DNA of 64,000 nt from the human T2T-CHM13v2.0 reference genome, Homo sapiens. Positions 35,514-52,992 of this stretch are shown here, one piece after another. The position numbers and the translations under genes were made by a program. Location of the stretch: the NCBI RefSeq assembly GCF_009914755.1, contig NC_060947.1; one strand, given 5' to 3'. The notes below the pieces were generated by a model, which saw nothing but the letters and a program-made list of their open reading frames with translations, did no database searches and had not been told where the DNA came from. Position 1 is the stretch's first letter. Each line of letters begins with the position of its first letter.

Positions 35514-38125
35514 TAGACTTTCTTTTTTTAGTACCTGTTTTATATTCCAGTCCTTCTTCTCTGCAGTTGTGTACAAAGCTACTGTACAGGGATAATTTTA
35601 CTTGTGTACATTTAAAATTTTAAAAGCAAGAAATAAAAATAATCCTATTGACTGGAGATATTTTTGCTTTATGGAAGTTTATCTGAATGTTGTTCTGAAT
35701 CTAAACAGTATGTATCTTCTGTTATCATTAGCCTTTTGAGTAAAAATATAAAAATTCTGTGTTTTATTGTAGATTATTGTATGAGTTAGGAATATTGGAA
35801 ATTATCTCAAGTTATTTATTTTCCTTTAAATGTTCTTTAAAAAGTGTGTTAGATATTTGGCTGTATCTGATATTAGAATTACCTGAGATACTTCAAATAA
35901 ATTCATGAAGTTTCACTATGAAGTAGTAATACAGAGTGCTTGGCAACTTTCTTCTGCCTTTTTGCTCATTTTCATCTCATTTGATGTTTGGCTCTGTCAG
36001 CATCATTGACCACCAACGTTGTTTGGTAGGTGCATGGCAGCTTTATGGGGAAATTATTAAGAATTTGTTAATCAGGCCTGAGTGTATGGGTACCTGAATT
36101 TAAAATCAACCATTCTGGTTTTTACCTGATTTTATATTTCATGATGATCAGCATTATGTATAATATTAATTTTGGTGTGTTCCTTAGTTTTATGACAAGT
36201 AGAAGATAGGCAATTGATGATCAAGGCAGTGGCATGAAGGGTGATAAGAGGAAGTAGAGAATGTTGGCATCTTTTTTGTTTATATCATTAAAGTAAATTT
36301 GTGTTTATGTCTTGAATCCTTTTTACCATGAAAACATAGTTGCTTATAAATTTAATGTTAATCAGCCATATGAAGCTCTCAGAGGAGTAGGAAAGGTTTA
36401 TAAATAACCTAAGAGTTTTAAAAAAAATACGCTCACTATTATGAGAACTTTATTTACAATATTCTTATTCATTAATGTAAAATTAAGAATTGTAATGTAT
36501 CCCAATAATGTTATGAATTTCTCTGATATTATAAAGCACTGTAATAAATTGTATTTTTATACTCTAGCCATCTGCCAGATAAGAATTATATATGACTTAA
36601 ATAAAAAGGATTTTGAAATTTCATACCTTCAGATTATAGTAATTTCTGAGACTTCAGTGTAGCATTCAGACTTTTTTAATTATAGGGAAGCAGAAAGATT
36701 AATTTTCAGTGATTGTGATTTGGTACATATAGCTAAGAGTAGAACAGGAATTGAAGACAAGTTCTTTTGTAAACCCTTAGGCTTTAAGGATAATAGACTC
36801 AGCCTAGAATTCGCCTTGTTTAGAATGGATTATCCAAACTTGTTGAATATTTATGTGCTTAGGATAGGTAAATGTTAGGATATAAATTTTTAAACTCTAT
36901 ATTAAAGGCTCTGTATTTCACAGGAGAGGAAAAATGAAGGCATTCGAAGTGAGTACTCTGTCCCACATCACATTTTCTTATCTCAACAAAGTTCTTGAAA
37001 TGGTAGTGAAAGTTTTTTATTGTGATAGAAACTAACCAAGTTTCTTTCTTTGTGGATACCAAACTTGCAAGTGTTCCTGGGAGTATATCAGAGATTTGAG
37101 AATTCACACACATTTCTTACTTTAATGACTCTGGGACACATTATTAACAGAGCAATGTTACGGAGCACTTAATTGTTAATGGGAGAAATTTTGACAAAAT
37201 TATTGGGAACCTTGAGAGAATTAGAGCTTTGTTATTACCCGTGAAGATAAAGAAACAATTAAGTACCTATTGTGTCCTGAACACTGAGATAAAGCCTTAG
37301 AGAAGTTTTCTAGTTTTAATCCTTTTATCAGCTCTTTGAGTGTTACTAAAATAGAAAGGATAAATTCCCCAGGATCTCCTGTAGCAAATGACAACTGGAA
37401 TTTGTCATCAAGCCCTAGAACTGGGTTCTTTCCGTTGTTCATTTTCTCCTGCAGTTGTCCTGTGTTATAAAAACGAATTTATATTGTTAAAATAGTGTTA
37501 TTTTTTTCTTTGGGAGAGGAAATGTGAGAGTGAGAGCATGTGCATGAATTGGAGTTAGGAAGTAAGATCAGAAGCAGTTGGTGTGTGAAGTATATCATGT
37601 GGAGAAGACAATGGAAAGGCAGTATATGGTAGTTTAAAACTGGTAGAGGTCTGGCAAAAAGTCAGTAAAAGCAGTTCAGTGTAAATTGTAGGTATTTTTA
37701 TTACTCTAGAGATTCTGTGAGATCTCACATAATTCAATAAAGTTCTTCTCACCTGTGGGAAAGATGCATATTATTTATATTTGAGAGCAGTTTTGTTTAT
37801 ATCAACAGGGACCACAGTAATAATTTAGACTTTCAACTTATGAATAAAATTATCAAAGTGCTCCTATATTATCTTATTTGGCAAGTATTGTTTCCATGTA
37901 TAGATGGGAAAAGCACTTATGCCATAACTAGTGGCTCTTTTAATAAATACATAGGGAAGCTGTTCCTTCTATAGAATGTTGTATTGAATATGTCTAAGAT
38001 AGAAGTGAAATTTTCAATATTGACTTCTTAGGTGATCGAATGGAGGCTATATGCATTATCTTGGGGAGGAAATGTATTTTAGGGCTTTATTTTTTGCTTA
38101 CATATTTGTATTTTTTTATTTCTAG

Positions 38126-38284
<159 letters not shown>

Positions 38285-39439
38285 TAATTATTTGTGCTTT
38301 ATCAAGAGGATTTTCCTAAGAAATTGTAAGTGCATGAGCAAACTAAACAATGAGGAAGAAAAGTAGAGTAGATGGAAATGGAAATCATCAATAAGTTGGC
38401 TATTCAGTAAAAGTGAAAACCACCTGCATGTTCAGTGCAGTTTTGTTCTGCCTTGTGAAAATCCTTGCTCTTGAAAGGCCTTCCCATAGTAGAAAGTGAC
38501 CCAGTTTGATATAGATATTTGTACATTGATGGATACTTTGGAAAGGTAACAAAAACTCACCATTTTTCTTTATCCTATTTAAAACGTTTCCATTTTAGCT
38601 CAAAAATATTTGAATGAAAATCTGATCGTTAAGTAGCCATGTTATTGTAAACAAGTAATACAGAGAGATGATCACAGATGAGCCTTGGATAAAACCAGTT
38701 TTTAAAATTTACTTGAAATGTTTTTCCTTTAAGAAATAAGTGAGTTAAATAACTGAAAGTAGTCAGCCCCCTAAGATTTGCCCTTTTTATGGTACCAAGC
38801 TGCCAACTCAGACCATTACTCAGGAAGTTAAAAGCACCCGGAAACCCCGCCCTTCCAATACCAAAGAAAAAATCCACATTAAAAGAAAATTATTATTATG
38901 ACCAAGAACATTTTAACCTTTTGATGATAGTAAACATTTTGATGTGGAGTGGATGGATGTGTTATGCTTGTTTTCAACAAGTGTGTTTAGAGGGCAAAAC
39001 ACCTGGCAGATAGTTTCAGGGCTAAAGTGAAGGATTGTTAGTATTTCATATTGATGTTTTATTATGCGACTTTTATGTTAGGTCAAGTGAATGTTTTCCT
39101 AATGAAAATGCAATTTTAGTCTGAGACAGGCATATTCTGTGAGGTTTGAAATTAGGCTTATTTCTCAGCTTAGCTCTGTTATATACAGCTGCACTACCTT
39201 TAACAGATTATATATAAACATCGCTGAGTATCTGTTGTCTGATCTGTAAAAGGGGAGGAGGTGAGGGATGACGCCTCATGGATTTTCAGATTGTGTGACA
39301 CTGGTTAGTACTTAGCAAAATGGTTTCAGTCCAACAGGGTAATGGGTGTTAATAGTTACTTAATACTCCGTTAGATATTTTATTTTTAATTAAAACTGGA
39401 AACTTATTTAAAGGAAACTATTGTACCAAAAAATAGATA

Positions 39440-42759
<3,320 letters not shown>

Positions 42760-42989
42760 TAGAATTCTATGCAATCTGCTACTTTTTTATTGCTGCACCT
42801 TTATGTAGTTGGAGGACATGCTATTTTGAGAGCATGTAAAGAGAGACCTAGACTTGAAAATTAGGTTTACATATGAGGCTACGTGTACTTGCTACTTAGT
42901 GGTTGTTAAACAATAAATCTTTTAACTTTTAACACTATGTTAGACTGTGACTATAGCTTTATTTTTCACATATATATATATATATTTTT

Positions 42990-43288
42990 TTTAATTTTAT
43001 TTTTTGAGACAGGGTCTTGCTTTGTCACCCAGGCTGGAGTGCAGTGGCAGAAACATGGTTCACTGCAGCCCCAAACTCCTGGGCTCAAGTGATTCTCCTA
43101 CCTCAGCCTCCTGAGTAGCTGGAACTAGAGGTGCGCGCCACCACGCCTAACTATTTTTTGTACTTTTTTTAGAGACAGAGGTCTTGCTTTGTTTCCCAGG
43201 CTAGTCTTGAACCCCTGGGCTCCAGCGATCCTCCCGCCTCAGCCTCCCAAAGTGTTGAGATTACAGGTGTGAGCCACCATGCCTGGCC
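42990..43288 (-). mobile_element. Alu (AluJ-like)
   Basis: Both arms in antisense. Confidence 0.9.
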
Positions 43289-43677
43289 ACTTAAAAATTT
43301 TGGTTATGAAGGTAATGAATCCAAGGAGATTGATCTTGGATATGTGTTTTCTTTTTTGGAAGGGAGGGCATGTGGCAACTAGACTGTGTTAGCAAACTAG
43401 CTGGTGAGAGTAATCTAGTAAGGTGAGAGAAGAGAAGGATAATCTAAGGATTTAAGTCCTTGAAAACATGTGCTTCATTTAGTGTTGTGTAGATGACCTG
43501 GGCATTGATAGGTAGTTAGCAGCTTGATTAATGTGTAATAGGGGGAAGAGGAAGGAGAAAATGGATGCAGGGGTATGCAAATGTATTCAGTATATTTTAA
43601 TATTTCAAGCTGGTGGTTTCTATTTCCTAGATGTGTTTTGTTATTTATTTTTTGAAATCCTCTTTGAGGCTTTTTAA

Positions 43678-44014
<337 letters not shown>

Positions 44015-44849
44015 TAAAATAAAATTCTCTATCTGTTCTCTTCATTGTCTTTCTCCAAGTCCAAAACTAGAATCTGTCTCTAATAGCCCTCTCCCTTCCT
44101 CTCCAACACATACTCATACCCTCAAGATTACCAGTTTATAGAGACATTTGTTACCTTTGGCTACCTCCTTCTCCTCTCTTTGGATCTAGTACAGGATAAG
44201 AGAACTACTAACCCTGGGCAAATAGACATTTATTTTTAGAGAACACATTATAAACCATAACTTCCTGGGAGTAAACCATGTAGTAAATGTGTAATTCTGT
44301 GAGTGAACTGCTCAGGTATATGTACATAGGCGACTTACTGGCCTTGTTCTTCTGAAGACAGCCCTGTAATTATTTGCCCTGATTCATAGTCATCTTTTCT
44401 GTGTAAAGTTTTCTGAGCTTGGCATTTCTCTTGAGTTTAGTTCCTTTAAAAAAAACAAACAAAAAAAGGCTTCTATTTCTATAGTAGAAAATGGTAGAAC
44501 CTGTTTTGTGTGTGTTTTGGGCTGTGGTTTTTCTTACCCTTAATTGTCATTTTGCTCTCATCTACTTTCTGTCTTACAAGAATTCCAAGAAACAATTTTG
44601 GTCTGAAGATGGTATAATTTGGTAATCATTTATCTTTTCTGTGATTCCAGATGAATTTGATGCAGAAGGAAAAAAGGCTTTGTAAAATATTTTCTTAGCT
44701 TTTCTGGCTGGTGATATGAATGAAGAGTTTAAAAAAATGTCATGTCACTTTATTTGGTCATTTTACTTGTAGGAATTTATTTTAAGTCTTAAAATAGTAA
44801 TTGGATAGGGGATTGTGGGAAAATGGAGGCTCACTGCAGTCAGTCTATT

Positions 44850-45220
44850 GTTGTAGGTTATGTTCCTCAGTAAGGAGTTTCCTTTATGTTCAACAGCTTT
44901 GGAAGGTGGAGGGTAGAACCAGTATTGGACAGAAGGAGAAGTTAAGCTGTGACAGCCTTTACTAACTTCATGGGATGCTCTGGAGCCAGAATGGCCCTTG
45001 AGAGCTATACCAAGTTGGGCCAAGATAGCCAGGCCTTTATACTCCAATTATTCCATATTGAACATGGGCCAGCCTGAGAAGAACTGTGACCAGGGACAAG
45101 TTGGCTCTCTGCAACTGAGGCAGCTTCTGTAGAATCTCACAGATAGAGGCTTTCAGCAAGCAGGATTCCCAGCAGTTCTTTCTTGAAGTGGGATATGAGT
45201 GCTTCTTTACAGTGTCTACT
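44850..45220. mobile_element. Old MaLR LTR (MLT1-like)
   Basis: gggatgctctggagccagaatggcccttgagagct...gccaggcctttatac resembles MLT1 consensus segments. Confidence 0.5.
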
Positions 45221-45535
45221 ATACCTCCTTTTTACTCCTAACTCTAAAGCTAACCCATGAACCTCCGAAGCCAAATTGCTGATGGGGCTCTCAGATAGCT
45301 TATAAGCCTTAAACCATGGAGATTATGCAGTGATTTCACTTCTTTGGGTTGGAGGACACCCTGAGAGATACATAACCCTGGGCTGAAGCCCAAGCATATG
45401 TATTTAGATGAATATATGTGATGGATCTTAGGAGCAGTTAATAGAAAATAAGTGTAAATATCTATAAATATGTGGTAAAATATAGGTAAAGAGAGTCACG
45501 GAGGTTAAATTAGTTGATTAGAAAATCAGGTAGCA

Positions 45536-45835
<300 letters not shown>

Positions 45836-46257
45836 TTAGGTAGCAGATTATTTCAAAGTACATAGCAAAATTATAAACAGAAATTACGAGGCAGGAGACT
45901 TAAAGGATAGACAGTAAGAACTTCAGAAGTAAAAAATTAGAGGAGTGTAATAATCATTCCTGACATTAATATGAAAACCTTGAAACTCTTAAAAATTGTT
46001 TCTTCATATTTTTGAGCTGGAAGTTTTCCCAATTATAAGTTCCCTGAAATTCTAGCCAGTGATAGATTTTTCTTGCATTCTTCCTTCCCTCAAGTAATTG
46101 GTCGTTTGTTGCATTTCTGTCACTTTTGGGCAAAATATGCTTTGGTTGTTTCAATTCTTAAGCAGTTACAAATGGCCAGGGCAAGTTACATGCCAAGAGC
46201 TGCCAATGTGGAGAAGCCTTAAGTTAGAGCTTGGAGGGTTTTCTTTCTCTTTTTATC

Positions 46258-46560
<303 letters not shown>

Positions 46561-48407
46561 CTCTCTTTTTGTCTTTTGTGGGTTGAATGACAGTACTCTA
46601 TCCTGGAATATTTATAGTATAAGAACATGAAATGTGTGTTTTCCAATCATAGATTTTGTTTGGCTTCTCCAAAATTGTCAATTTTTTAATCCATTTTCTG
46701 TAATCATTCTAAAACAGGTTTTAAGCATTGTATGAGGATGTCCAAATAAATGATTTCCCTCATTCTGTATTAAGGACTTTAGAAAATTCTAGTTACAGTA
46801 GACTAGGAATTTTTTTATGGATAACTACCTTAAAGATTAGAAATAAGGACTGTGCTTTGGTCAAAAGGATTTTACTAGAGAGACTTTGGTGAGGTGATGG
46901 GTACTTGCATACTGCACCTTTAGAGTTTTAATGATTTTTTTTCTGATTAAGAAACAGCACGTTAAGATCCTTCTTAAAATAAGATGCTAAGCATAATGAG
47001 GGTAGAGTATAATTGTTTATAAAATGTGTAAACGAGTAGAAAGATCACTATGGAAGAAATGGAACAAATGCTCATGGAAGAAATGGCTCAATTACAAATC
47101 TGTTCCTGCCATTTAGAGTATTAACTTTGTGACTTTGAATTTGAGCATTCATATTTATTTCTCAGTTCACCATATTTTTGTATGGATGCCATGTTTCTCC
47201 CAACTGATAATTACATGGACTTCTTTTTTAAAATATTTTATTTTTTCTCTTTAATTTTTTATTTCTTTGGGGGTTTTTTTGTAACATCTTTTCACATCAC
47301 ATGGACTTCTTATACTTCAGTTTTATTTGCTTTAGAAGACATCATACTGTCTTTTTAAAGGTTCCCCAATCCTAAAAGAGAATTTTATGAAGCCAGATGA
47401 TATATATAATTAATCAAATTATTGAAAGTATGCCCTCCAAATTTGTGGAAATTCTGTAATATCATTACAAGGGCAATCTCCAGGTTTGATATGGTGACTG
47501 CACAAAATTGTCAGGGACCAAGTCTTCTGTTTTCAGCATGTTTTTAGGTACAAGTATTAAATACCTGATTCTAGCTTAAACAATAAGGACATTTATTACC
47601 TCACATAATAGGAAGTTCATAGGTGGATTTTTCTCCAGGCATGGTTTGAAGTCTAGAAGGATCCAGTTACTTTTCAGTCTGTTTCTTCTGTGCTGTGGGC
47701 TTCATCCCAAGATAGTTCCCTCGTGGTGGCAGTTGGTAATATATGCTTCCTTGTTCACATCCATTAGTAGACAGAGAACCTTTTTCATGTCTGTCATCTA
47801 TAAATCAGTGGTGATTGGGCCACCTGAGCTCATGTGCCCATTTCTGGACTAAAACAATCACCGAGATTGCCAGGAAACTGATAACCTTTTCAAATCAATA
47901 ACGGGGATTGAGAGTGTGGTTAGAAATGAATGTGAGAAAATCAGCCACACCATTGACTACACAAACTCTTGCTTGACTATTTTTTTTCTACAGCTGGTTT
48001 GATAAATTTGGTTTGCTTTTCTTTTTAGAAGACCATTAATTAATGACCTTTATAAACTAGCTACCCTCATGCATGAAGAACTAGGAAATGGGAGATGGCT
48101 TAAAACCAGTTCTTCACCACAACTGGAAAAATTTCTCATAGTCTAACGTCCTTCCAGTGATAGGTTGGTTGGCATCATCTTTATGCAAAAAAGATGAGCA
48201 TTATTCATATGTAAAAGTTATTTTTTCAGATATGTGATGATGTTTTTGGGTAATGTTTCTGTAATTTGAACATATTCAGAATGTTCTTTATATGATTTTA
48301 TATATATTTTGGCAATTTACAGTAAAATGAAAACATTTCATATAGAGTTTCAGAAAACATTAACTTCCATTTTTGGTAAATCTTCTTTTATTCAGCATCT
48401 CATATAT

Positions 48408-48910
48408 TGTAAGGTCAGCCGAGAGAAAGGAAAAATAGACCCAAAGTCAGGCGAGTAAGTTTATTGAACCTGCTGGCTGCTCCACCACAGACAGAGGAGG
48501 CAGCCCTGAGCTTACAAAATGAGGGGTTTATATGGGGGAGAGAGACCCTGGGGTCGTTTGTTGGTTAACTTTGCCATATATAACCTTGTGACATTTATGG
48601 TAGCAGCCAGATGAAGGAACTTACAGGAGGGTTTAGGTAAAGTTTGTTTATGCTTCCCACGACCTCCCCTGTGCAGTCTGGATGGTTTGTAATTGGGGTT
48701 TGCTTATCGCAGCAAGGTCTGATAAGTGAAGTCTGCTGGCTCCACTGGGGCGCCTGGATAAGAGCTTAGAAAAGTAAAGAGGCTGGGGGAAGGGTGAACG
48801 GCACAGAGAAGGGTTGCAGGGCGTTAAGGCAAGGGGTGGGCAGTACGCAGGGGTTTGGGGGGAGTGTTGGCAATACCAAGAAGCTTTTTTGGGGCGGTTT
48901 GTCCCTAACA
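48408..48910 (-). mobile_element. Solo ERV LTR (possibly LTR22/HERV-K HML-5 group), 503 bp
   Basis: TG...CA ends, imperfect TSD tatat/tatag, minus-strand TATA (near 48527-48533) and AATAAA (48460-48465). Family is tentative. Confidence 0.7.
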
Positions 48911-49598
48911 TATAGTCAGAAGATAATGTTTTATTTACTGCTTTGTTGAAGAAACAACTTGGTCACTAGTGAAGGGTAACATGCAGTGTGTTGTAAAATG
49001 TTTTTTGCTAGTTTCTGATCCTTAAATTGAGCAGCATATTATACTTAAGTAGAATGTCTAAAAACCTATATATGGTTTAAAGACTATTAAAATTGACACC
49101 TGTCTACCTACTCTACAAGTTAAGAAATAGAATGATACTGCTACCACAAGCCTGTGTTCTCTCCAGTTGCATCCTCCTCCCTTCCTCTGTAGGTGTAACC
49201 CATGCCTGGCTGTGATGTTCAGTGTTCTCTTGCCTTTCTTTCTTTTTTTTTTAATCCACTGATAAAAGTATCCCTGAACAAGATACCGTTTATCTTTGGA
49301 AAGCTGAATAGCAGGCACGAACATAGCTATGTAAGGAAGGGGCCATATTGTCACTATTTAGAGGAGGCTCTTGGGAGAAGTAAAACTAAAGAAGAGATTT
49401 TAGCGTTATAATGTGGCTTCTGGTTCCTCAATAGTTTACAAGAGCCACTTTTGGGGAAGGCAGTGTGCTGGGGCATGTGTGACTCTTGGCAAACATAATA
49501 CCCATAATTAGGACATATGACATGACCAATATGAACCAGGAAAATCTGGTCAGGAATATGAACAGAGAGAGTGGGTTATTCAGAAGTAAATCAAATCA

Positions 49599-49896
<298 letters not shown>

Positions 49897-51510
49897 TCAA
49901 AGCAGAACACTTAACACTTCTGGGAGCCTTCACATCATCTATTTTGTAGAATATAGAGGGGAGAATAGAAACTTTATCAGAACATGGTCAAAAAAAAGCC
50001 AAGCCCAGTTAAGAATCTGGGCCAGGTTTATCTGGGTATTTGGTCCTCAGGTTGAGAAGAGGTTACAAGAGCAGCAGAATTTTAATGATAAGCCTCAGTG
50101 ACTTGGATCTGGGGCATAGCTGCTGTCCTGGGATCACCCTTTTTCTTCATCTTGGGTATTCCCATGGCCTCTTGTCTCTGTTGTGTCTCCTGCTTTCAAT
50201 AAACCATATCTTCTTCTTTCTTGTATATACTCTCCTTTAAGGGGAGCATATTTGTCAGATTTTTCTTCAGGAAAGTTATTTGGGAGATAATTTTCTTTGG
50301 AGACTTTGCGTATCAGAAAATACCTTTATTCTAGCCTCCTAATAGATCGCTTGACTGGATATATAATTTTAGGTTGGAAATAATTTTCCTTCAGAATTTT
50401 GAAAACATTGTTCTGTTGCCTTATTTCTAGAATTACATATCTGTTGTAGGACCCTTCAAACTACCAAGTCATAGCCTTCTTTTCTGGGAATATTTTTGGA
50501 ATTATTTCCTGAATTTTCTTTTTTCCTTTTATTCTTTCTTTTTGGGGCTCTATTATTGATATGTTAGACCTCCGGGGCACAGTTTTTCTAATTTTCTGTT
50601 TTTGTCCTTTTTGTTTATTTTTTGAGAGATTTCTTCAAATTTAATTTTAATCTTTTTATTGAATTATTTATTTCTGCTATCGTACTTTAATCTACCGAAT
50701 TTAATTTTTTTTAGAGCATCCTGTTTGTTCTCCTGCACACACCCCCTTTTCATCCCCCTCAATGAAAACAATATTTTCCCTTACCTAAGACTAGTAAGAA
50801 TTTTTTGAAGTATATTTTCCCCTGCATAGTAGTCATTATTTTTTCTTTTAGGTTGTCTTTTTTTCTTTTGTGTTAGTTTCTTCTTGGTTAGAGGCTTTCT
50901 TTAGATGTCTGATAATTCTTAGCTGTCCATATTTCATAATTGGAATAATTGAGAACTGGAGGCTCTGAACATGGGATTGCGGATCTCTGAATATGATATC
51001 CATGGCCTTTTGTTGGAGAATCTCTGCATTTTTTGGTCAGATTGCCTGAACAACATCAAGTGTTGAGTGAGAGAGTTGAGGGAGCCAATTGCTTCTCAAA
51101 TAGTTTTTATCCTGGTCTTCCATATCTTAGCTTGTGAATTGTAAACCACAAATTAAAAAAATCCTTTTCTAGCTGATCAGAAAAATATTATGCCCCCATG
51201 TTTTCATCTAGTAGTCTTATGGGCTTCTTTTTATATCTAACTCTCTTAATCCTCCACGAGTTTTGATCTTTGAGGAAGGTCGAGTTGATCTAAGGGGTTA
51301 GCCTAGATGCTGTTCAAGTGCAGATCTGAGATTTGACCATGGTTTTACGTTTCTGAACTGAGGGGGGCCCAGAATTTTAAGTTGTTTGGTCTGAAATATC
51401 ACTATCTACTGGGAGGTGGGTGTGGTGGGAATCTTGTTACCGTGTTTGTTAAGTGTATTATTGACTTTAAAGTGAGACATAATTATGACTCATAATTATT
51501 TTCCTTTCAG

Positions 51511-51560
51511 CATTATCTGCATACCAGAGGTACTACAGTTTACAGTCTGACTACTGGAAG
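51511..51560 (+). CDS. KDM6A: KDM6A internal coding exon, 50 nt (probably exon 4)
   Basis: Acceptor ttcctttcag|CATTA and donor GAAG|gttagt. Phase-compatible with the previous exon (G+CA = Ala), giving ALSAYQRYYSLQSDYWK. Confidence 0.97.
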
Positions 51561-52410
51561 GTTAGTGTACATTTGCATGCTGATTTCATGTTTGTGTTTT
51601 GGGCAGATTATTGCCAATTATACTCAAAATTAATTGAGCTCTTGCTTTTTTTTGTTAATTACTTAAAATATTGCTTCTAGGGGAAAGGTATTGGAAAAGG
51701 GTTGAGAGTATTTATGTTTGTGCTGTCTTGTATGACTCTCCTTGTATTTTATTAAGAATTAGAGTCCTCTGACACATTTTACTGGTCAAATGTAATAGAA
51801 GTGTGATAAGTAAAAATCAAGCAAAACTAAACAAATAACAATAACAAAATGATTCCTTGGTTTTCTTTTCTAAAGTTGGTACCTGGGAGTAAAAGAAGGC
51901 TGAAGACGTGTATATCAGGCTAAAATGGGAAGGTGTAATGGGAAAGTTATGATAAACTCTTTCTTGGTGTACTCTGTTTATAATTGGAGCTTTGAGGAGA
52001 GCTGAACCTATTTTTTAGAAGACCTACCTAAATGAAAGACTGTGCATAGCAGTGAAACAATTAATCATCCACTTTCTTATCTTAATTTAAGCAGTGATTA
52101 AGCATGATCTTTTACATCATGTTTACTTTTAAGTTTATTGAGCAGTGAGTTTTTTTTTTTAAATCTGAATTGCTGTTTCAGATTTTTTGTGGATTTTATT
52201 TTTCTATTGGTTAATTTGTCTTTCTTTTTGAAGTAGGTACTTATTCCAGTCTTATATAGACTGGCTTTGTCTGGAAAAGCCCTTCAACAGTCAGCCTATG
52301 CAGAGATTTTGAGAACACCGTGTAGAGGTTTTAGACATATATGTATATATATTTTTTCTTTTTTAAGTCTTTTGAAAATATCTTCTCTAATCTCTGGCTT
52401 TTTTTTAAAA

Positions 52411-52502
52411 GCTTTATCACATGCTATAAAATTATAGCTTAATTCACATGCTATAAAATTATAGCTTTATTCACATGCTGTAATTCACATGCTATAAAAT
52501 TC
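52411..52502. repeat. About 27-bp degenerate tandem repeat (tcacatgctataaaattatagctt) at an L1M end
   Basis: Three to four imperfect copies visible. Confidence 0.8.
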
Positions 52503-52558
52503 AGCTGTTTTAACTATACAAATCAGTGATTTTTAGTAAATTTTCAGAGCTGTGCAGC

Positions 52559-52992
52559 TGATAGAGGCAGGAGGCAGACAAAGGTCTAGACAGATAGGGA
52601 AGGGTCCCTGGAGAATCACTGATCCACCCAGCCCACAGGTGTTTACACCAGATGTTTTGTGCAGATAAGGGAACCTGCACAGGGGGCTTGCCTGGGCATG
52701 CCTGCAGTGGACTGGAGGTACACATGCACTGGGGGAATGGGGTGGAGCCACCAATAATTTGAGCCTTATACAGGGGAGGATCCTGGCCTCTTCAACTGTG
52801 TGCTGGGGCCCTGGTATTCAGTTTGTGAGGTGGAAACCTGCTGGCAGGACCCCCTTTCTTTGCTGATAGCTTTCCTTTTGCTTAATAAATTTTGTCTTCC
52901 TCACCCTTCAATGTGGCTGCATGCCTAATTCTTCCTAGTTGTGAGACAAAAATCCAGATTAGCTGAGCTAAGGGGCAAAAAATCCTGCATCA
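52559..52992 (+). mobile_element. Solo ERV1 LTR (MER61-like), 434 bp, inserted in an L1M
   Basis: TG...CA ends, TSD cagc (52555-52558 and 52993-52996), CCAAT 52751, TATA-like 52766, AATAAA 52884. Confidence 0.82.
52684..52703. promoter_or_regulatory. Perfect p53 response element
   Basis: GGGCTTGCCT GGGCATGCCT = RRRCWWGYYY x2 with no spacer. Confidence 0.75.

Noticed and set aside
52411-52502. Short direct repeats resembling a CRISPR-like array
   Set aside because: No unique spacers. This is slippage-type tandem duplication in eukaryotic DNA.
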